59,884 nt of DNA from an uncultured Puniceicoccaceae bacterium (GCA_964633135.1 CAZWFJ010000001.1:1-59884), one strand, 5' to 3'; shown: positions 8,228 to 18,187, numbered from the stretch's first letter. The notes: a model not told the origin generated them from the sequence alone. Translations and numbers: made by a program.

Positions 8228-11200
8228 TCGAAGGACTCATCCGCTGGTGCACCCACAACCGCTTCCTCGTGCTAGTCTTCACCGTGGTGGCGGCCTGTGC
8301 GGGCATTTTCGCCCTGCGCTCGGTCAAGCTCGACGCCGTGCCCGACCTTTCCGACGTCCAGGTCATCGTCTTCACCGAGTGGCCGGGCCGTGCGCCCACT
8401 CTGGTCGAGGATCAGGTGACCTATCCCATCGTCAGCACCCTGGCAGCCGCGCCCAAGGTGCGCTACGCGCGGGGGCAGAGCTTCTTCGGCCTGTCCTTTG
8501 TCAACGTCATCTTCGAGGACGGCACCGATATGTATTGGGCGCGCTCACGGGTGTTGGAATACATGGATCAGGCCCGTGGCGACCTTCCCGAGGGCGTCAC
8601 GCCGACCCTCGGCCCCGACGCCACCGGGGTGGGCTGGGTCTTCCAATACGCACTCGTCGACCGCAGCGGGCAGCACAGCCTCGCCGACCTGCGCAGCTAC
8701 CAGGACTGGACCCTGCGCACCTACCTCCAGAATACGCCCGGCGTGGCCGAAGTGGCCTCTCTCGGCGGCTACGTCGACCAATACCAGATCATTCTCGACC
8801 CACTGAGCCTGCGCGCCCACGGCGTCGCGGCCAATGAGGTGATTACCGCCGTGCGCCGCTCCAATAACGATGTCGGCGGACGCCTCCTCGAATTCGGCGA
8901 GACCGAATACATGCTGCGCGGCCTCGGCTACATCGAAAACCTCGAAGACATTGAGCAAATCGCCCTCCGTGCCGACAAAGACGGCACACCGCTCCTCCTC
9001 AAGGACGTGGCCGAGGTGCGCCGCGGCCCGGACATCCGCCGCGGGGTCCTCGAAATCGACGGAGAGGGCGAGGCGGCCGGCGGCATCGTCGTCATGCGCT
9101 ACGGCGAAAACGCGCTCAAGACCATCGACGCGGTCAAGGAAAAGCTCGCGGCCATCGAACCCTCGCTGCCCGAGGGCGTCGAGATCGTGGTCGGCTACGA
9201 CCGTTCCGACCTGATCCTCCGCGCCATCGACCACCTGCAAAAAACGCTGCTCGAAGAGATGCTCATCGTCAGCGTGGTCATCCTCGTCTTCCTCCTTCAC
9301 TTCCGCAGCGCCCTGGTCGCCATCATCGCGCTGCCGCTCGGCGTGCTGCTCGCCTTCATCCCCATGCAGCTGCTCGACATCTCGTCGAACATCATGTCGC
9401 TGGGCGGGATCGCCATCGCCATCGGCGCGATGGTCGACGCTTCCATCGTTTTCATCGAAAATGCACACAAGTGGCTGGCCCGCTGGCATACGGCGCAAAA
9501 CGATCCGGCAAGCGATCCCGAATTGGCCAAGCTTTCCCGGATTGAGGTGATCACCCGTTCCGCCCAACAGGTGGGGCGTCCGCTTTTTTTCTCCCTGCTC
9601 GTGATCGGGGTTTCCTTCCTGCCCGTCTTCGCTCTGGAGGCGCAGTCCGGGCGGCTCTTCAAGCCGCTGGCCTACACCAAGACCTTCAGCATGCTCTTCG
9701 CCGCCCTGCTCGCGGTCACCCTGGTGCCCGTGCTCATCACCTGGCTGGTGCGCGGAAAAATTCCCGACGAGCGCAAGAACCCGGTCAGCCGCGTCCTCAT
9801 CTGGCTCTACCGCCCCTTCGTGCGCTTCGCCCTGCGCTTCCGTCGGCTCACCGTGCTGCTGGCCCTGCTCGCGCTGGGCGCGACCTGGTGGCCCTATTCG
9901 CAAATCGGCAGCGAGTTCATGCCCCCGCTCAACGAGGGCTCGCTCCTCTACATGCCGACCAGTCCTCCGGGCATGGCGATCAACGAGGCCCGCGAGGTGC
10001 TCCACCGCCAAAACCGGATCATCAAAGCCTTCCCGGAGGTCGAGCGGGTTTACGGCAAGATCGGGCGCGCCCGCACCGCCACCGACCCGGCCCCGCTCTC
10101 CATGGTCGAGACCACCATCACGCTCAAGCCCGAGAGCGAGTGGCGACCCGGCATGACTTTTGAGAAGATCAAGCAGGAACTGGGCAAGGATCTCCCTTAC
10201 CCCGGTATGCCCGCCATCTGGTGGATGCCCATCCAGACCCGCATCGAAATGCTCGCCACCGGCATCCGCAGCCAGGTGGGGGTCAAAGTGCTGGGCCCGG
10301 ATCTGGAGAAGATCGAGCGCATCGCCAAAGACATCGAGGACGTGCTCAAGACCTCACCCCACACCGCCTCCGCCTTTGCCGAGCGCGTGACCGGTGGCTA
10401 CTACGTCGACTTCGAGGTCGACCGCGCCGCCATCGCCCGCTACGGGCTCCAGGTCGAGGATGTGCTCGACGTCATCGAGACCGCCATCGGCGGCAAGAAC
10501 ATCGACGAGACCATCGAAGGCCGCCAGCGCTTCCCCATCAACGTCCGCTACGCCCGCGACTATCGGGACGACCTCGACACCCTGCGCCAGGTCCTCGTGA
10601 GTGCTCCGCACGACCGCTTCGTCCCCCTCGGTGAACTGGCCCATATCCGCATCGAGACCGGCCCGCCCATGGTGCGCAACGAAAACGGCCAGCTCGCCGG
10701 TATCGTCTTTGTGGATACAAGCGGCATCGACCTCGGCGGCTACGTGGCCGAGGCCAAGCAGCTCATCCGCGATCAAGTCGACATCCCCGCCGGTTACTAC
10801 ATCGAGTGGGGCGGCCAGTTCCAGTATCTGCTCCGCGCCAAGGAAAAGCTCAGCTGGATCATCCCGCTCACCCTGGTCGTCATTCTCATCCTGCTCTACC
10901 TGAACTTCCGCAACGTGGTGGAGACGCTGATCGTCTCGCTCAGCGTGCCCTTCGCCCTCATCGGCGGGGTCTGGCTGCTCTGGGCGCTCGACTACAACTT
11001 CAGCGTCGCCGTCGCCGTCGGCTTCATCGCCCTCGCCGGGGTCGCCGCCGAGACCGGGGTGGTCATGATCGTCTATCTCGACGAAGCCTGGAAAAACCTG
11101 CGCCGGCGCACCGAACGTCCGACGGCCGCCGAACTCCGCGCCGCCGTCATGGAAGGGGCCGTCGACCGCGTGCGCCCCAAGCTCATGACTGTCGGCACCA

Positions 11201-11406
11201 CCATCATCGGACTCATGCCCATCCTCCTCGGTCACGGCACCGGCGCCGAAACGATGAAGCGCATCGCCGCCCCCATGGTCGGCGGCATGGTCAGCTCCAC
11301 CGTCCTCACCCTCATCGTCATCCCCGCCCTCTACGCCCTCTACCGCTCGCGGGAATGCGGGGCGGAGACGACTGAATCCGTCACCAACGGCAACGTGAAA
11401 GACTGA
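8224..11406 (+). CDS. cusA: CusA/CzcA family heavy-metal RND efflux permease (Cu/Ag type)
   Basis: LDAVPDLSDVQVI, YWARSRVLEY, GPDATGVGWVFQY, GSEFMPPLNEG, TDPAPLSMVET, RPKLMT; overlaps cusB stop. Confidence 0.95.
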   Translation: MIEGLIRWCTHNRFLVLVFTVVAACAGIFALRSVKLDAVPDLSDVQVIVFTEWPGRAPTLVEDQVTYPIVSTLAAAPKVRYARGQSFFGLSFVNVIFEDGTDMYWARSRVLEYMDQARGDLPEGVTPTLGPDATGVGWVFQYALVDRSGQHSLADLRSYQDWTLRTYLQNTPGVAEVASLGGYVDQYQIILDPLSLRAHGVAANEVITAVRRSNNDVGGRLLEFGETEYMLRGLGYIENLEDIEQIALRADKDGTPLLLKDVAEVRRGPDIRRGVLEIDGEGEAAGGIVVMRYGENALKTIDAVKEKLAAIEPSLPEGVEIVVGYDRSDLILRAIDHLQKTLLEEMLIVSVVILVFLLHFRSALVAIIALPLGVLLAFIPMQLLDISSNIMSLGGIAIAIGAMVDASIVFIENAHKWLARWHTAQNDPASDPELAKLSRIEVITRSAQQVGRPLFFSLLVIGVSFLPVFALEAQSGRLFKPLAYTKTFSMLFAALLAVTLVPVLITWLVRGKIPDERKNPVSRVLIWLYRPFVRFALRFRRLTVLLALLALGATWWPYSQIGSEFMPPLNEGSLLYMPTSPPGMAINEAREVLHRQNRIIKAFPEVERVYGKIGRARTATDPAPLSMVETTITLKPESEWRPGMTFEKIKQELGKDLPYPGMPAIWWMPIQTRIEMLATGIRSQVGVKVLGPDLEKIERIAKDIEDVLKTSPHTASAFAERVTGGYYVDFEVDRAAIARYGLQVEDVLDVIETAIGGKNIDETIEGRQRFPINVRYARDYRDDLDTLRQVLVSAPHDRFVPLGELAHIRIETGPPMVRNENGQLAGIVFVDTSGIDLGGYVAEAKQLIRDQVDIPAGYYIEWGGQFQYLLRAKEKLSWIIPLTLVVILILLYLNFRNVVETLIVSLSVPFALIGGVWLLWALDYNFSVAVAVGFIALAGVAAETGVVMIVYLDEAWKNLRRRTERPTAAELRAAVMEGAVDRVRPKLMTVGTTIIGLMPILLGHGTGAETMKRIAAPMVGGMVSSTVLTLIVIPALYALYRSRECGAETTESVTNGNVKD

Positions 11407-11443
11407 AGGGCACTTCTGAAAACCTCCCATGAGCCGCAGAACA

Positions 11444-11833
11444 TCAGTAAGCGAAGACTTTCAATCCCTCTACACGGGAAAAATCCCCGTCATTCCGGGT
11501 GACGACGGGCACATCATTGGCCAGAGCCGTCGCCGCGATCCACAGATCATTTGCGCCGATCATCCGGCCGTCCCGCTGAAGTTGGCGAAACGAGCCTCCG
11601 AACAGCCAAGCCACCTCGGGACTGTAATCAAACAAACGAAAGGGGCGGATAAAACGTTCCCACTTTTCCCGGTTCGAACCGAGCGAGCGGCCCGCCGCCA
11701 GTTCCCCGGCGATGGTGAAAGTGATCGCGAAGGAAACGTCCTCGTGCGCGCGTAGAAAAGTCACCGCAGCACCCTCTTCCCCGCGTTTACGCTCGCGCTC
11801 CAGGTCCACCAAAAATGTGGAGTCCAAGATCAT
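11444..11833 (-). CDS. vapC: VapC family PIN toxin
   Basis: MILDSTFLVD, IGANDLWIAATAL, VVTRN..DFSRVEGL. Confidence 0.92.
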   Translation of the reverse strand: MILDSTFLVDLERERKRGEEGAAVTFLRAHEDVSFAITFTIAGELAAGRSLGSNREKWERFIRPFRLFDYSPEVAWLFGGSFRQLQRDGRMIGANDLWIAATALANDVPVVTRNDGDFSRVEGLKVFAY

Positions 11834-12054
11834 GGAATATCCGGGGGCGCGTCGTTGGCGTTCAATGCATCGATAGCCTCGAAATCACGTTCATCGAGGA
11901 AGACTTCGCGCGCCAGCAAATCACGGCCACGGGCGCCAAGGCCCGGGATTTCCACCCGTCGGACAACCTCCGAAAAAGATTCCCGCGGAAAACGCTTCGC
12001 CCGCCGGAGTTTTTCGTAAGCATCGATCTCCAAACTAATTGTCTTGGTTGGCAT
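11830..12054 (-). CDS. vapB: VapB-type antitoxin (KTISL..AY..L..K...ESFS family)
   Basis: MPTKTISLEIDAYEKLRRAKRFPRESFSEVVRR; ATGA overlap with vapC. Confidence 0.85.
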   Translation of the reverse strand: MPTKTISLEIDAYEKLRRAKRFPRESFSEVVRRVEIPGLGARGRDLLAREVFLDERDFEAIDALNANDAPPDIP

Positions 12055-12321
12055 GCTTGTATTCATGCATGGTTATGCATTGAATTCAAGTGATAACTTC
12101 TCGTGTTTTCGTTACGGGACCCGGCGGTCTCCTGCCCCTCCTCCTCGGCTGAGGCACCCGGACCGGGACTCATGATTTTCAAACCAGCTGCGAAAGCAGC
12201 GTCCGCGCAGGCACGACAAAGGGGCTTTGGAAGTCGAAGCAGTTGATTGCTTGTCGCGGATGAATCGCAACTCGAAGATTCCCTTTGTTCGTTCAAGGCA
12301 ATCGGGCTTTCTGGCATCGAA

Positions 12322-12378
12322 TCAGTAACCGAAGACCTTCAACCCCTCGACACGGGAAAAATCCCGGTCGTTCCGGGA
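12322..12378 (-). pseudogene. 3'-end stub of a second vapC
   Basis: Encodes SRNDRDFSRVEGLKVFGY*, homologous to 11444-11500. Confidence 0.75.
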
Positions 12379-12451
12379 CCGCTTCAAAAGGACTTCGGGC
12401 AGCCGTGAGTTTAGTCCGCCAGAGTTAATAATCTGGAGAATTCAATCCAGC

Positions 12452-12488
12452 TTGACTCTGCCCACTACATTCAATTGATTAATTGAAT
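12452..12488 (+). promoter_or_regulatory. Promoter (-35 TTGACT) with inverted repeat ATTCAATT-N4-AATTGAAT, probable ArsR operator
   Basis: Abuts the start codon; related inverted repeat conserved before the second copy at 25171-25207. Confidence 0.65.
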
Positions 12489-12489
12489 A

Positions 12490-13155
12490 ATGGAATCAAT
12501 CAAAGACTACGATAGCGAGCTTTTTCAGCACTACAGCCGAGTTGGACATGCCTTATCCAGTCCGAAGCGGATGGAACTGCTGGATCTCCTCGCTCAGGGG
12601 CCGGGCAGCGGCGAGTCGCTGGCCAAGCGGATCGACGCCAGTGTCGCGAACACGTCCCGGCATCTGCAGATTCTGCGGGAAGGCCGGTTTGTCATCGGAC
12701 GGCGGGAGGGGCGCTCGGTCATTTATCGGATTGCCGACGAGTCGGTCACCGTATTTCTCGGACAGCTTCGTTCGTTTGCCGAAGGGCATTTTCTGGAAAT
12801 CGAAAAGGCGCGGAAGGATTTCATCGAAGCGCGCATCGGCTTCGATCCGGTCGACCGGGAAGAGTTGCTGCGCCGGGTGCGGGACGGCGAGGCCATGGTG
12901 ATCGACGTGCGGCCGGATGAGGAGTTTGGTTCCGGGCATCTGGCGGGTGCTCTATCAATCCCGCTGGACGAACTGGAGCGCCGGTTGGATCAACTGCCCA
13001 AGGACCGCGAAATCGTCGCCTACTGCCGGGGCCCCCATTGCGTGCTTTCGGTCGAAGCCGTGCAATTGCTCCGCAACAAGGGCTTCATCGCCCACCGGAT
13101 GGACCTCGGCCCCGCCGAGTTCATGAGTTCGGGGTTTTCCATCATTCGCGCGTGA
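12490..13155 (+). CDS. ArsR-family regulator fused to rhodanese domain (copy 1)
   Basis: ALSSPKRMELLDLLAQG, ANTSRHLQIL; VIDVRP.EEF..GHLAGALSIP, VAYCRGPHC. Confidence 0.92.
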   Translation: MESIKDYDSELFQHYSRVGHALSSPKRMELLDLLAQGPGSGESLAKRIDASVANTSRHLQILREGRFVIGRREGRSVIYRIADESVTVFLGQLRSFAEGHFLEIEKARKDFIEARIGFDPVDREELLRRVRDGEAMVIDVRPDEEFGSGHLAGALSIPLDELERRLDQLPKDREIVAYCRGPHCVLSVEAVQLLRNKGFIAHRMDLGPAEFMSSGFSIIRA

Positions 13156-13189
13156 GCGGTAAATTTTTTTAGAAAGGGAACAAACTGAC

Positions 13190-14929
13190 ATGAAGGGAGC
13201 AACCATCATCACCAGATGTCTCGAAACGCTCGGGGTTGAACATGTTTTTGGCTACACCGGTGCGGCGATTTTACCGGTGCTGGATGAACTGGGCAAAAGT
13301 CCGATACAAATCATCGTCAACGCAAACGAGCAATGCGCCGCCTTTGCCGCCGCAGGCTATTCGCGCTCGACCGACAAGGTTGGCGTTGCCATCGTGACCT
13401 CTGGTCCCGCAATCACAAACACGCTCACGGCTGTCGCCGATTCGTATGCGGATGGCGTTCCATTGATGGTCATTGCCGGGCAGGTGCCGGAGCACAAGAT
13501 CGGCACGGACTCTTTTCAGCATATTGATGTGGCATCGGTTTTCGGTCCGACAGCCAAACACGTGGTTTCGGTGAACCGCATCGGCAATATCGAGGCGGTC
13601 ATCAAGGATGCCTACTTTCGGGCGCGCTCCGCGAAACCGGGTCCCGTCGTCATCGATCTGCCGCTCAATCTGCAGCAAAACACGAACCCATACGAGGGCG
13701 GTGATCTCGGGCGTTTTGCCAGCGTTTACGAGGAAGAGCATCACCTTTCCGATAGCCAGTGCGCGCGTTTCTTCGACCTGTTGAACGGGGCGCAGCGGCC
13801 CTTGCTCTATCTCGGCGGCGGTCTGAATTCCTCTCGTGGATGCGCGGCCCTCCGTCGTTTCAATGGCCGTTTCGGCATGCCCTCGGTCAACACCCTGATG
13901 GCAAAAGGCGTAGTCAACGAAAACGATCCCACCTCGCTCGGGCTGCTCGGAATGTTTGGCACTCCCTACGCCAACAAGATTATCCAGGATAACGACTTTT
14001 TCTTCGCTCTCGGAGTGCGATGGGACGACCGGGTCGCCGAAAAGGTGGGGTTCGCCATTCATGCGAAAATTGCCTACATCGACGTGAATCCTCGAAAAAT
14101 GCACCAGATCCGTGAGGAACGATGTCCCGAGTTCACCTTCCTCGGCGATGCCGCCACGGCATTGGATGACTTGAGCGATTATGCCGAGCGCCATGATTTG
14201 CGCCTCGATATCCAAGATTGGATCGAGCATGCTGCGGATCTCAAACGCTCCTGGCCCTTGAGCTATCGAAAAGACGGCGGGCGTATTCAACAGGCGGAGG
14301 TATTGGACAGGCTCAACGCCCGCCTTTCGGACGACATGATCTTCACGACAGGCGTCGGCAATCATCAGCTACTGGCCGCTCAATATTTACGAATGAGTCG
14401 CCCCAAACGGTTCCTTACCTCAGGCAGTTTCGGCACCATGGGTTTCGGCATGCCCGCTGCTGTCGGCGCCTGTTATGCCAACCCCGATGCACGGGTCATC
14501 GTGATTGATGGCGATGGCAGCTTCCGTATGAACATGGGAGAGATGCAAACCGTCGGCATGCTGGACCTGCCGATCAAGGTGTTGCTGCTTAACAACCAAA
14601 GCGATGGCATGGTGCGGAACCTTGAGGACGTCGCCTGTGGCGGACGCCATTCGGCCAGCGAACGCCCGTGCGACATCGACTTTGCGGCGATTGCGAAGCT
14701 TTCCTATTTTCGCTTCGCGCAACGCGTGGAAGAGCGCGATGCTTTGCCGGAAGCAATGAATCGCTGGTTGACGGCTCAAGGCCCCGCAATGCTCGAGGTT
14801 TTGACCAACATGGAGGAAGCCATCTATCCCGTAGTCCGCCCTGGTTCATCCTATGCGGAAATGGATCTCGGACCCTACATCCGCGAACGAGAAGAAATCC
14901 TACCATCCACTGCCGTCCTGGCAACGTGA
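13190..14929 (+). CDS. Thiamine-diphosphate-dependent acetolactate synthase large-subunit-like enzyme
   Basis: VTSGPAITN, PGPVVIDLP, TGVGNHQ, SGSFGTMGFGMPAAVGA, IDGDGSFRMN; no small subunit gene nearby. Confidence 0.88.
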   Translation: MKGATIITRCLETLGVEHVFGYTGAAILPVLDELGKSPIQIIVNANEQCAAFAAAGYSRSTDKVGVAIVTSGPAITNTLTAVADSYADGVPLMVIAGQVPEHKIGTDSFQHIDVASVFGPTAKHVVSVNRIGNIEAVIKDAYFRARSAKPGPVVIDLPLNLQQNTNPYEGGDLGRFASVYEEEHHLSDSQCARFFDLLNGAQRPLLYLGGGLNSSRGCAALRRFNGRFGMPSVNTLMAKGVVNENDPTSLGLLGMFGTPYANKIIQDNDFFFALGVRWDDRVAEKVGFAIHAKIAYIDVNPRKMHQIREERCPEFTFLGDAATALDDLSDYAERHDLRLDIQDWIEHAADLKRSWPLSYRKDGGRIQQAEVLDRLNARLSDDMIFTTGVGNHQLLAAQYLRMSRPKRFLTSGSFGTMGFGMPAAVGACYANPDARVIVIDGDGSFRMNMGEMQTVGMLDLPIKVLLLNNQSDGMVRNLEDVACGGRHSASERPCDIDFAAIAKLSYFRFAQRVEERDALPEAMNRWLTAQGPAMLEVLTNMEEAIYPVVRPGSSYAEMDLGPYIREREEILPSTAVLAT

Positions 14930-14934
14930 CCGCA

Positions 14935-15717
14935 ATGATCCCTCCCAAACACCACTCCGCCGAACCCGTTTTCCAACCTGAGGGGCTCCTGCGCGAGGCG
15001 AGACGGCAAAAGGGCATTCCCGAGGGGGATGTCCCCGAAATCTGCCTGCTTGATCCGGACGGGGATCTCGCCCGCGAACTCCGGGATTCCGGAGCGGAAA
15101 AAGCCCCGCACTGGGCTTGCTACCATACGGAAATGTTCACGCTGGTACGGAACGGTGTCCGCATCGGCGTGATCGGTTGTGCGGTGGGGGCTCCGTATGC
15201 GGTTCTCGTGGCCGAGCAGTTGTTTTGCTCGGGCTGCCGCCTGCTGGTCAGCGTCACCTCGGCGGGACAGATCAGCGAGCTGGGCCGCACGGCGACGTTC
15301 ATCCTCATCGACCGCGCCCTGCGGGATGAAGGCACCAGCCATCACTACCTTCCCACCGCCGATTTTGCGGAGATCACCGGGCCGATGCGGGATTTGGGAA
15401 AACGCCTTCGCGAGGACGGGGTCAACTTGATCGAGGGTGCCGTCTGGACCACCGACGCGCCTTTCCGGGAAACCCGCGAAGCGATCGAACACGCGCGAAG
15501 CCATCACCTGCTCGCGGTCGAAATGGAAGCGGCTGCCCTCTACGCCCTCGCCCAGGCAAAATCACTCCCCATCCTCTGCTTTGCAAAGGTGACCAACCAG
15601 ATGGCCACCGTTCCCAATGATTTCGAGAAAGGGGCCATCAACGGGAACGAGGACCTCATGCACCTCCTGCATCATCTTACCCTGATCTGGAAGGAGGACC
15701 GGAATGAAAACCCGTGA
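14935..15717 (+). CDS. Nucleoside phosphorylase (PNP/UDP) superfamily protein (copy 1)
   Basis: VTSAG, ALRDEGTSHHY, WTTDAPFRET, AVEMEAAALY. Confidence 0.88.
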   Translation: MIPPKHHSAEPVFQPEGLLREARRQKGIPEGDVPEICLLDPDGDLARELRDSGAEKAPHWACYHTEMFTLVRNGVRIGVIGCAVGAPYAVLVAEQLFCSGCRLLVSVTSAGQISELGRTATFILIDRALRDEGTSHHYLPTADFAEITGPMRDLGKRLREDGVNLIEGAVWTTDAPFRETREAIEHARSHHLLAVEMEAAALYALAQAKSLPILCFAKVTNQMATVPNDFEKGAINGNEDLMHLLHHLTLIWKEDRNENP

Positions 15718-16297
15718 AAGCGGCATGCCTGACGAACCGACATGGGACGGGTTCTTCAAGCCGGTTGAGGTGTTGCAAACGCTTGGCCTGGTTCGCGAGA
15801 CAGAACGGGTGGTCGATTTCGGCAGTGGGTATGGCACCTTCAGCCTGGCGGCGGCCTGGATGATCACGGGGGAAGTAATTGGCTTGGACATCGAGTCGGA
15901 CCTCATCGACCGATGCCGACAGAAGGCACGGGAGGCTGGGTTTCGAAACGCGCGGTTCGAGTGCCGGGATTTTGTTGCTGATGGCAGCGGACTCGAAGAC
16001 AGGTCGGCGGACTACGTCATGCTCTTCAACATCCTCCATGCCGAGCAGCCGGAGGTCTTGCTGAAGGAAGCACGGCGCATTCTCGCCCCCGGCGGCACTC
16101 TGGCGGTCATGCACTGGAACTATGACGAGAAGACACCTCGTGGCCCGGCCATGACCATCCGGCCCCGACCGGAGGAATGCCGCCAGTGGGTCGAAGCCTG
16201 CAGCTTTGTGGCACTCAGTTCCACCATCTCTTTACCGCCCTGGCACTACGGATTCACGGCGAAATGTAAAACCAAGCATAAGAAAGAAAGCCCATGA
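15704..16297 (+). CDS. Class I SAM-dependent methyltransferase (copy 1)
   Basis: VVDFGSGYGTF, GLDIE, DYVMLFNILH, LAPGG. Confidence 0.9.
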   Translation: MKTRESGMPDEPTWDGFFKPVEVLQTLGLVRETERVVDFGSGYGTFSLAAAWMITGEVIGLDIESDLIDRCRQKAREAGFRNARFECRDFVADGSGLEDRSADYVMLFNILHAEQPEVLLKEARRILAPGGTLAVMHWNYDEKTPRGPAMTIRPRPEECRQWVEACSFVALSSTISLPPWHYGFTAKCKTKHKKESP

Positions 16298-16614
16298 AAC
16301 TTGGCATCATCATCACCCAAACCGACCCCGAAACGGTCTTCAACGCCCTGCGCCTGGCGCAATACGCTCTCAAGGAGGGCGACAACGTGCGCATTTTCCT
16401 CTCCGGCCGCGGGGTGGAAATGGATCAGATCGAGGATCCGAAATTCAATGTGAAACAGATCGCCCAAGAGGTGCTGGATGCTGGTGCAGAATTCCTCGCC
16501 TGCGGCACTTGCCTCAAACTCCGCCAGTCCGATGGTTCCGAACTCTGTCCCCTTTCCACACTGAAGGATCATTACGAAATCATCCGCGATTCAGATCGGG
16601 TGATATCGGTTTGA
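16294..16614 (+). CDS. DsrE family sulfur-relay protein
   Basis: NALRLA, VRIFLSGRGVE, ACGTCLKLR. Confidence 0.88.
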   Translation: MKLGIIITQTDPETVFNALRLAQYALKEGDNVRIFLSGRGVEMDQIEDPKFNVKQIAQEVLDAGAEFLACGTCLKLRQSDGSELCPLSTLKDHYEIIRDSDRVISV

Positions 16615-16897
16615 GAGGCCTTCATCCACGCCGCTTCTTCCCACGCCGCCGGAAAGGCGAAAGCAACATGCCGTCCAGCCGCCGCCACTCGTTCCGCTCG
16701 TAGCCTTTGAGGCCGAGGCACCAAATTGTGGGCGTAGTGGCTCGGGGGTTGGTTTTCAATGCATCAATGGCCTCAACGCCTGCGGGAATAAAATGGTTGC
16801 GGGAAAGTCGTGTGATGGATGAACGCCTCTGCTCATTGCTTCTTACCGTCTTCGTTGCGCCGCAAGCAACGGGAGTGGCAAAACGGATTCTGTCCCG

Positions 16898-17148
16898 ATG
16901 GCAGAATCATATTCGTTCTCCTGGTTCTTTTCGTTGCCTCGACCGGACCGGCATTCCTGAGCGAGAGTCGTCTGTCGGACATCGACCTTGGCTCGCGGAT
17001 CGAATTTCTCAGCTCGCTCGGACTCGAATGGGAGTTCGCGGAGAACTGGCGGTTGAGCTACCGATTCGCCCACCTCTCGAACGCGGGCATTTCCAACAAA
17101 AATCCGGGCCTGAACCTGCATCTGTTCGGCATTGGCGTGCGGATCTGA
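16898..17148 (+). pseudogene. Acyloxyacyl hydrolase / lipid A 3-O-deacylase (PagL-like) C-terminal remnant
   Basis: DLGSRIEF..LG...WRLSYRFAHLSNAGI...NPGLN; N-terminal barrel half missing. Confidence 0.7.
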
Positions 17149-17599
17149 GGCGGGCGGCCGCGCGGCCCGACCTCCGCTCGATGGTGGAGAGGAACCAAGT
17201 AGATAAAGGGACTCTATTGGGGAGTTGCCGAACATCAAAATCTCCAGGTGTTGTGGATTCTTTTCGCCCGCCTTGGTCAAACGTCGCGGTAGTCAAAAAC
17301 GGATCTTTTTTCGCTCCAGGTAGGCCTTGGCGTAGTCGCAGGAGGCTTTGACACTGAGCCCGTTGTTGACCTGGTTCGGAAACATCCCTCACGCCTGCTT
17401 CCTCCGCGGGAGAAAGCGCCAGGCCCCGGTCAGAAGGACGAGCCCGAGGGGAATGCCGACCGCCCAGCCCAGCCATTCGAAACCGGTGAGGTAGACGATA
17501 CCCGCCCCGACGGCATAGGCGGCGAGGAAACCGAAGCCCGGACGCATCCGTCGAATAATGGGAGTTGAGCCGATGGGGGAAACCGGTATAAGGAAGGGT

Positions 17600-17812
17600 A
17601 TGAATCAGTCCGTAAAATACTGCATCTACAAAGAGGACGGCTACTATGTCGCCCAGTGCCTGAATGTGGACGTCTCCAGTTTCGGTGAAAGTGTCGAAGA
17701 AGCGATCTTCAACATCAAGGAGGCCCTTGAGCTGTATTTTGAAGATGCCGATCCCGCTTCCTATCGGAAAGTGGAGGAAGTCCTAATTGGCGAAAGTTTG
17801 GTCGGTGCCTAA
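17600..17812 (+). CDS. hicB: HicB family antitoxin
   Basis: YKEDGYYVAQCLNVDVSSFGESVEEAIFNIKEALELYFE. Confidence 0.88.
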   Translation: MNQSVKYCIYKEDGYYVAQCLNVDVSSFGESVEEAIFNIKEALELYFEDADPASYRKVEEVLIGESLVGA

Positions 17813-17858
17813 ACTGCTCGGTTCCAGGGAAATCGTTAAGATCCTCTCGGCCCATGGC
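17805..17858 (+). pseudogene. HicA toxin N-terminal stub
   Basis: GTG-PKLLGSREIVKILSAHG, broken before the GSH active-site motif. Confidence 0.7.
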
Positions 17859-18030
17859 ATTGCCGGTGAGCAGGGTGCCGACGAGGGCGGACAACCCGAT
17901 CGCCTGGATGACGGCGGCCGCATCCAGAACCGACGCGTGAAAGACCATCATGACCAGATACCAGATGAAGGCGGCGTTGAGCGCGTGGCGCGGCCAGTTG
18001 TGGGTGCAGGTTTTCATGCCGGAGTGTTGA

Positions 18031-18153
18031 TTACCGCCAAGGATTGATGAGGTGGAGGTGAACGGTGTTTTGTCGCCTTAGCCAATCGAGCACCCGGGGT
18101 TGGGGCTTTTTCCGCATGAGTTCGGAGACAACATTGGTGTCCAGAACGATCAT
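18031..18153 (-). pseudogene. Internally deleted vapC (40 aa)
   Basis: MIVLDTNVVSELMRKKPQPRVLDWL fused to typical C-terminus LINPWR*. Confidence 0.85.
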
Positions 18154-18187
18154 CCCGGCCTATTCAAATTTCCATCGAAAATGGGGG

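Larger units (their letters stand above)
17389..18017 (-). pseudogene. Membrane protein gene interrupted by oppositely oriented hicB-hicA' segment
   Basis: N-part MKTCTH...GTLLTGNAMG (18017-17850) and hydrophobic C-part GFGFLAAYAVGAGIVYLTGFEWLGWAVG...RRKQA* (about 17560-17389). Confidence 0.55.

Noticed and set aside
8545..11430. Long antisense ORFs (also 18899-20239, 28800-30209, 35071-36660, 56563-57885)
   Set aside because: Shadow frames of GC-rich genes on the opposite strand
12063..12317. Possible additional PIN-toxin tail (ADAAFAAGLKIMSPG)
   Set aside because: Resemblance too short to support
16620..16800. Minus-strand fragment ...IWCLGLKGYERNEWRRLDG...
   Set aside because: No start codon or family recognised
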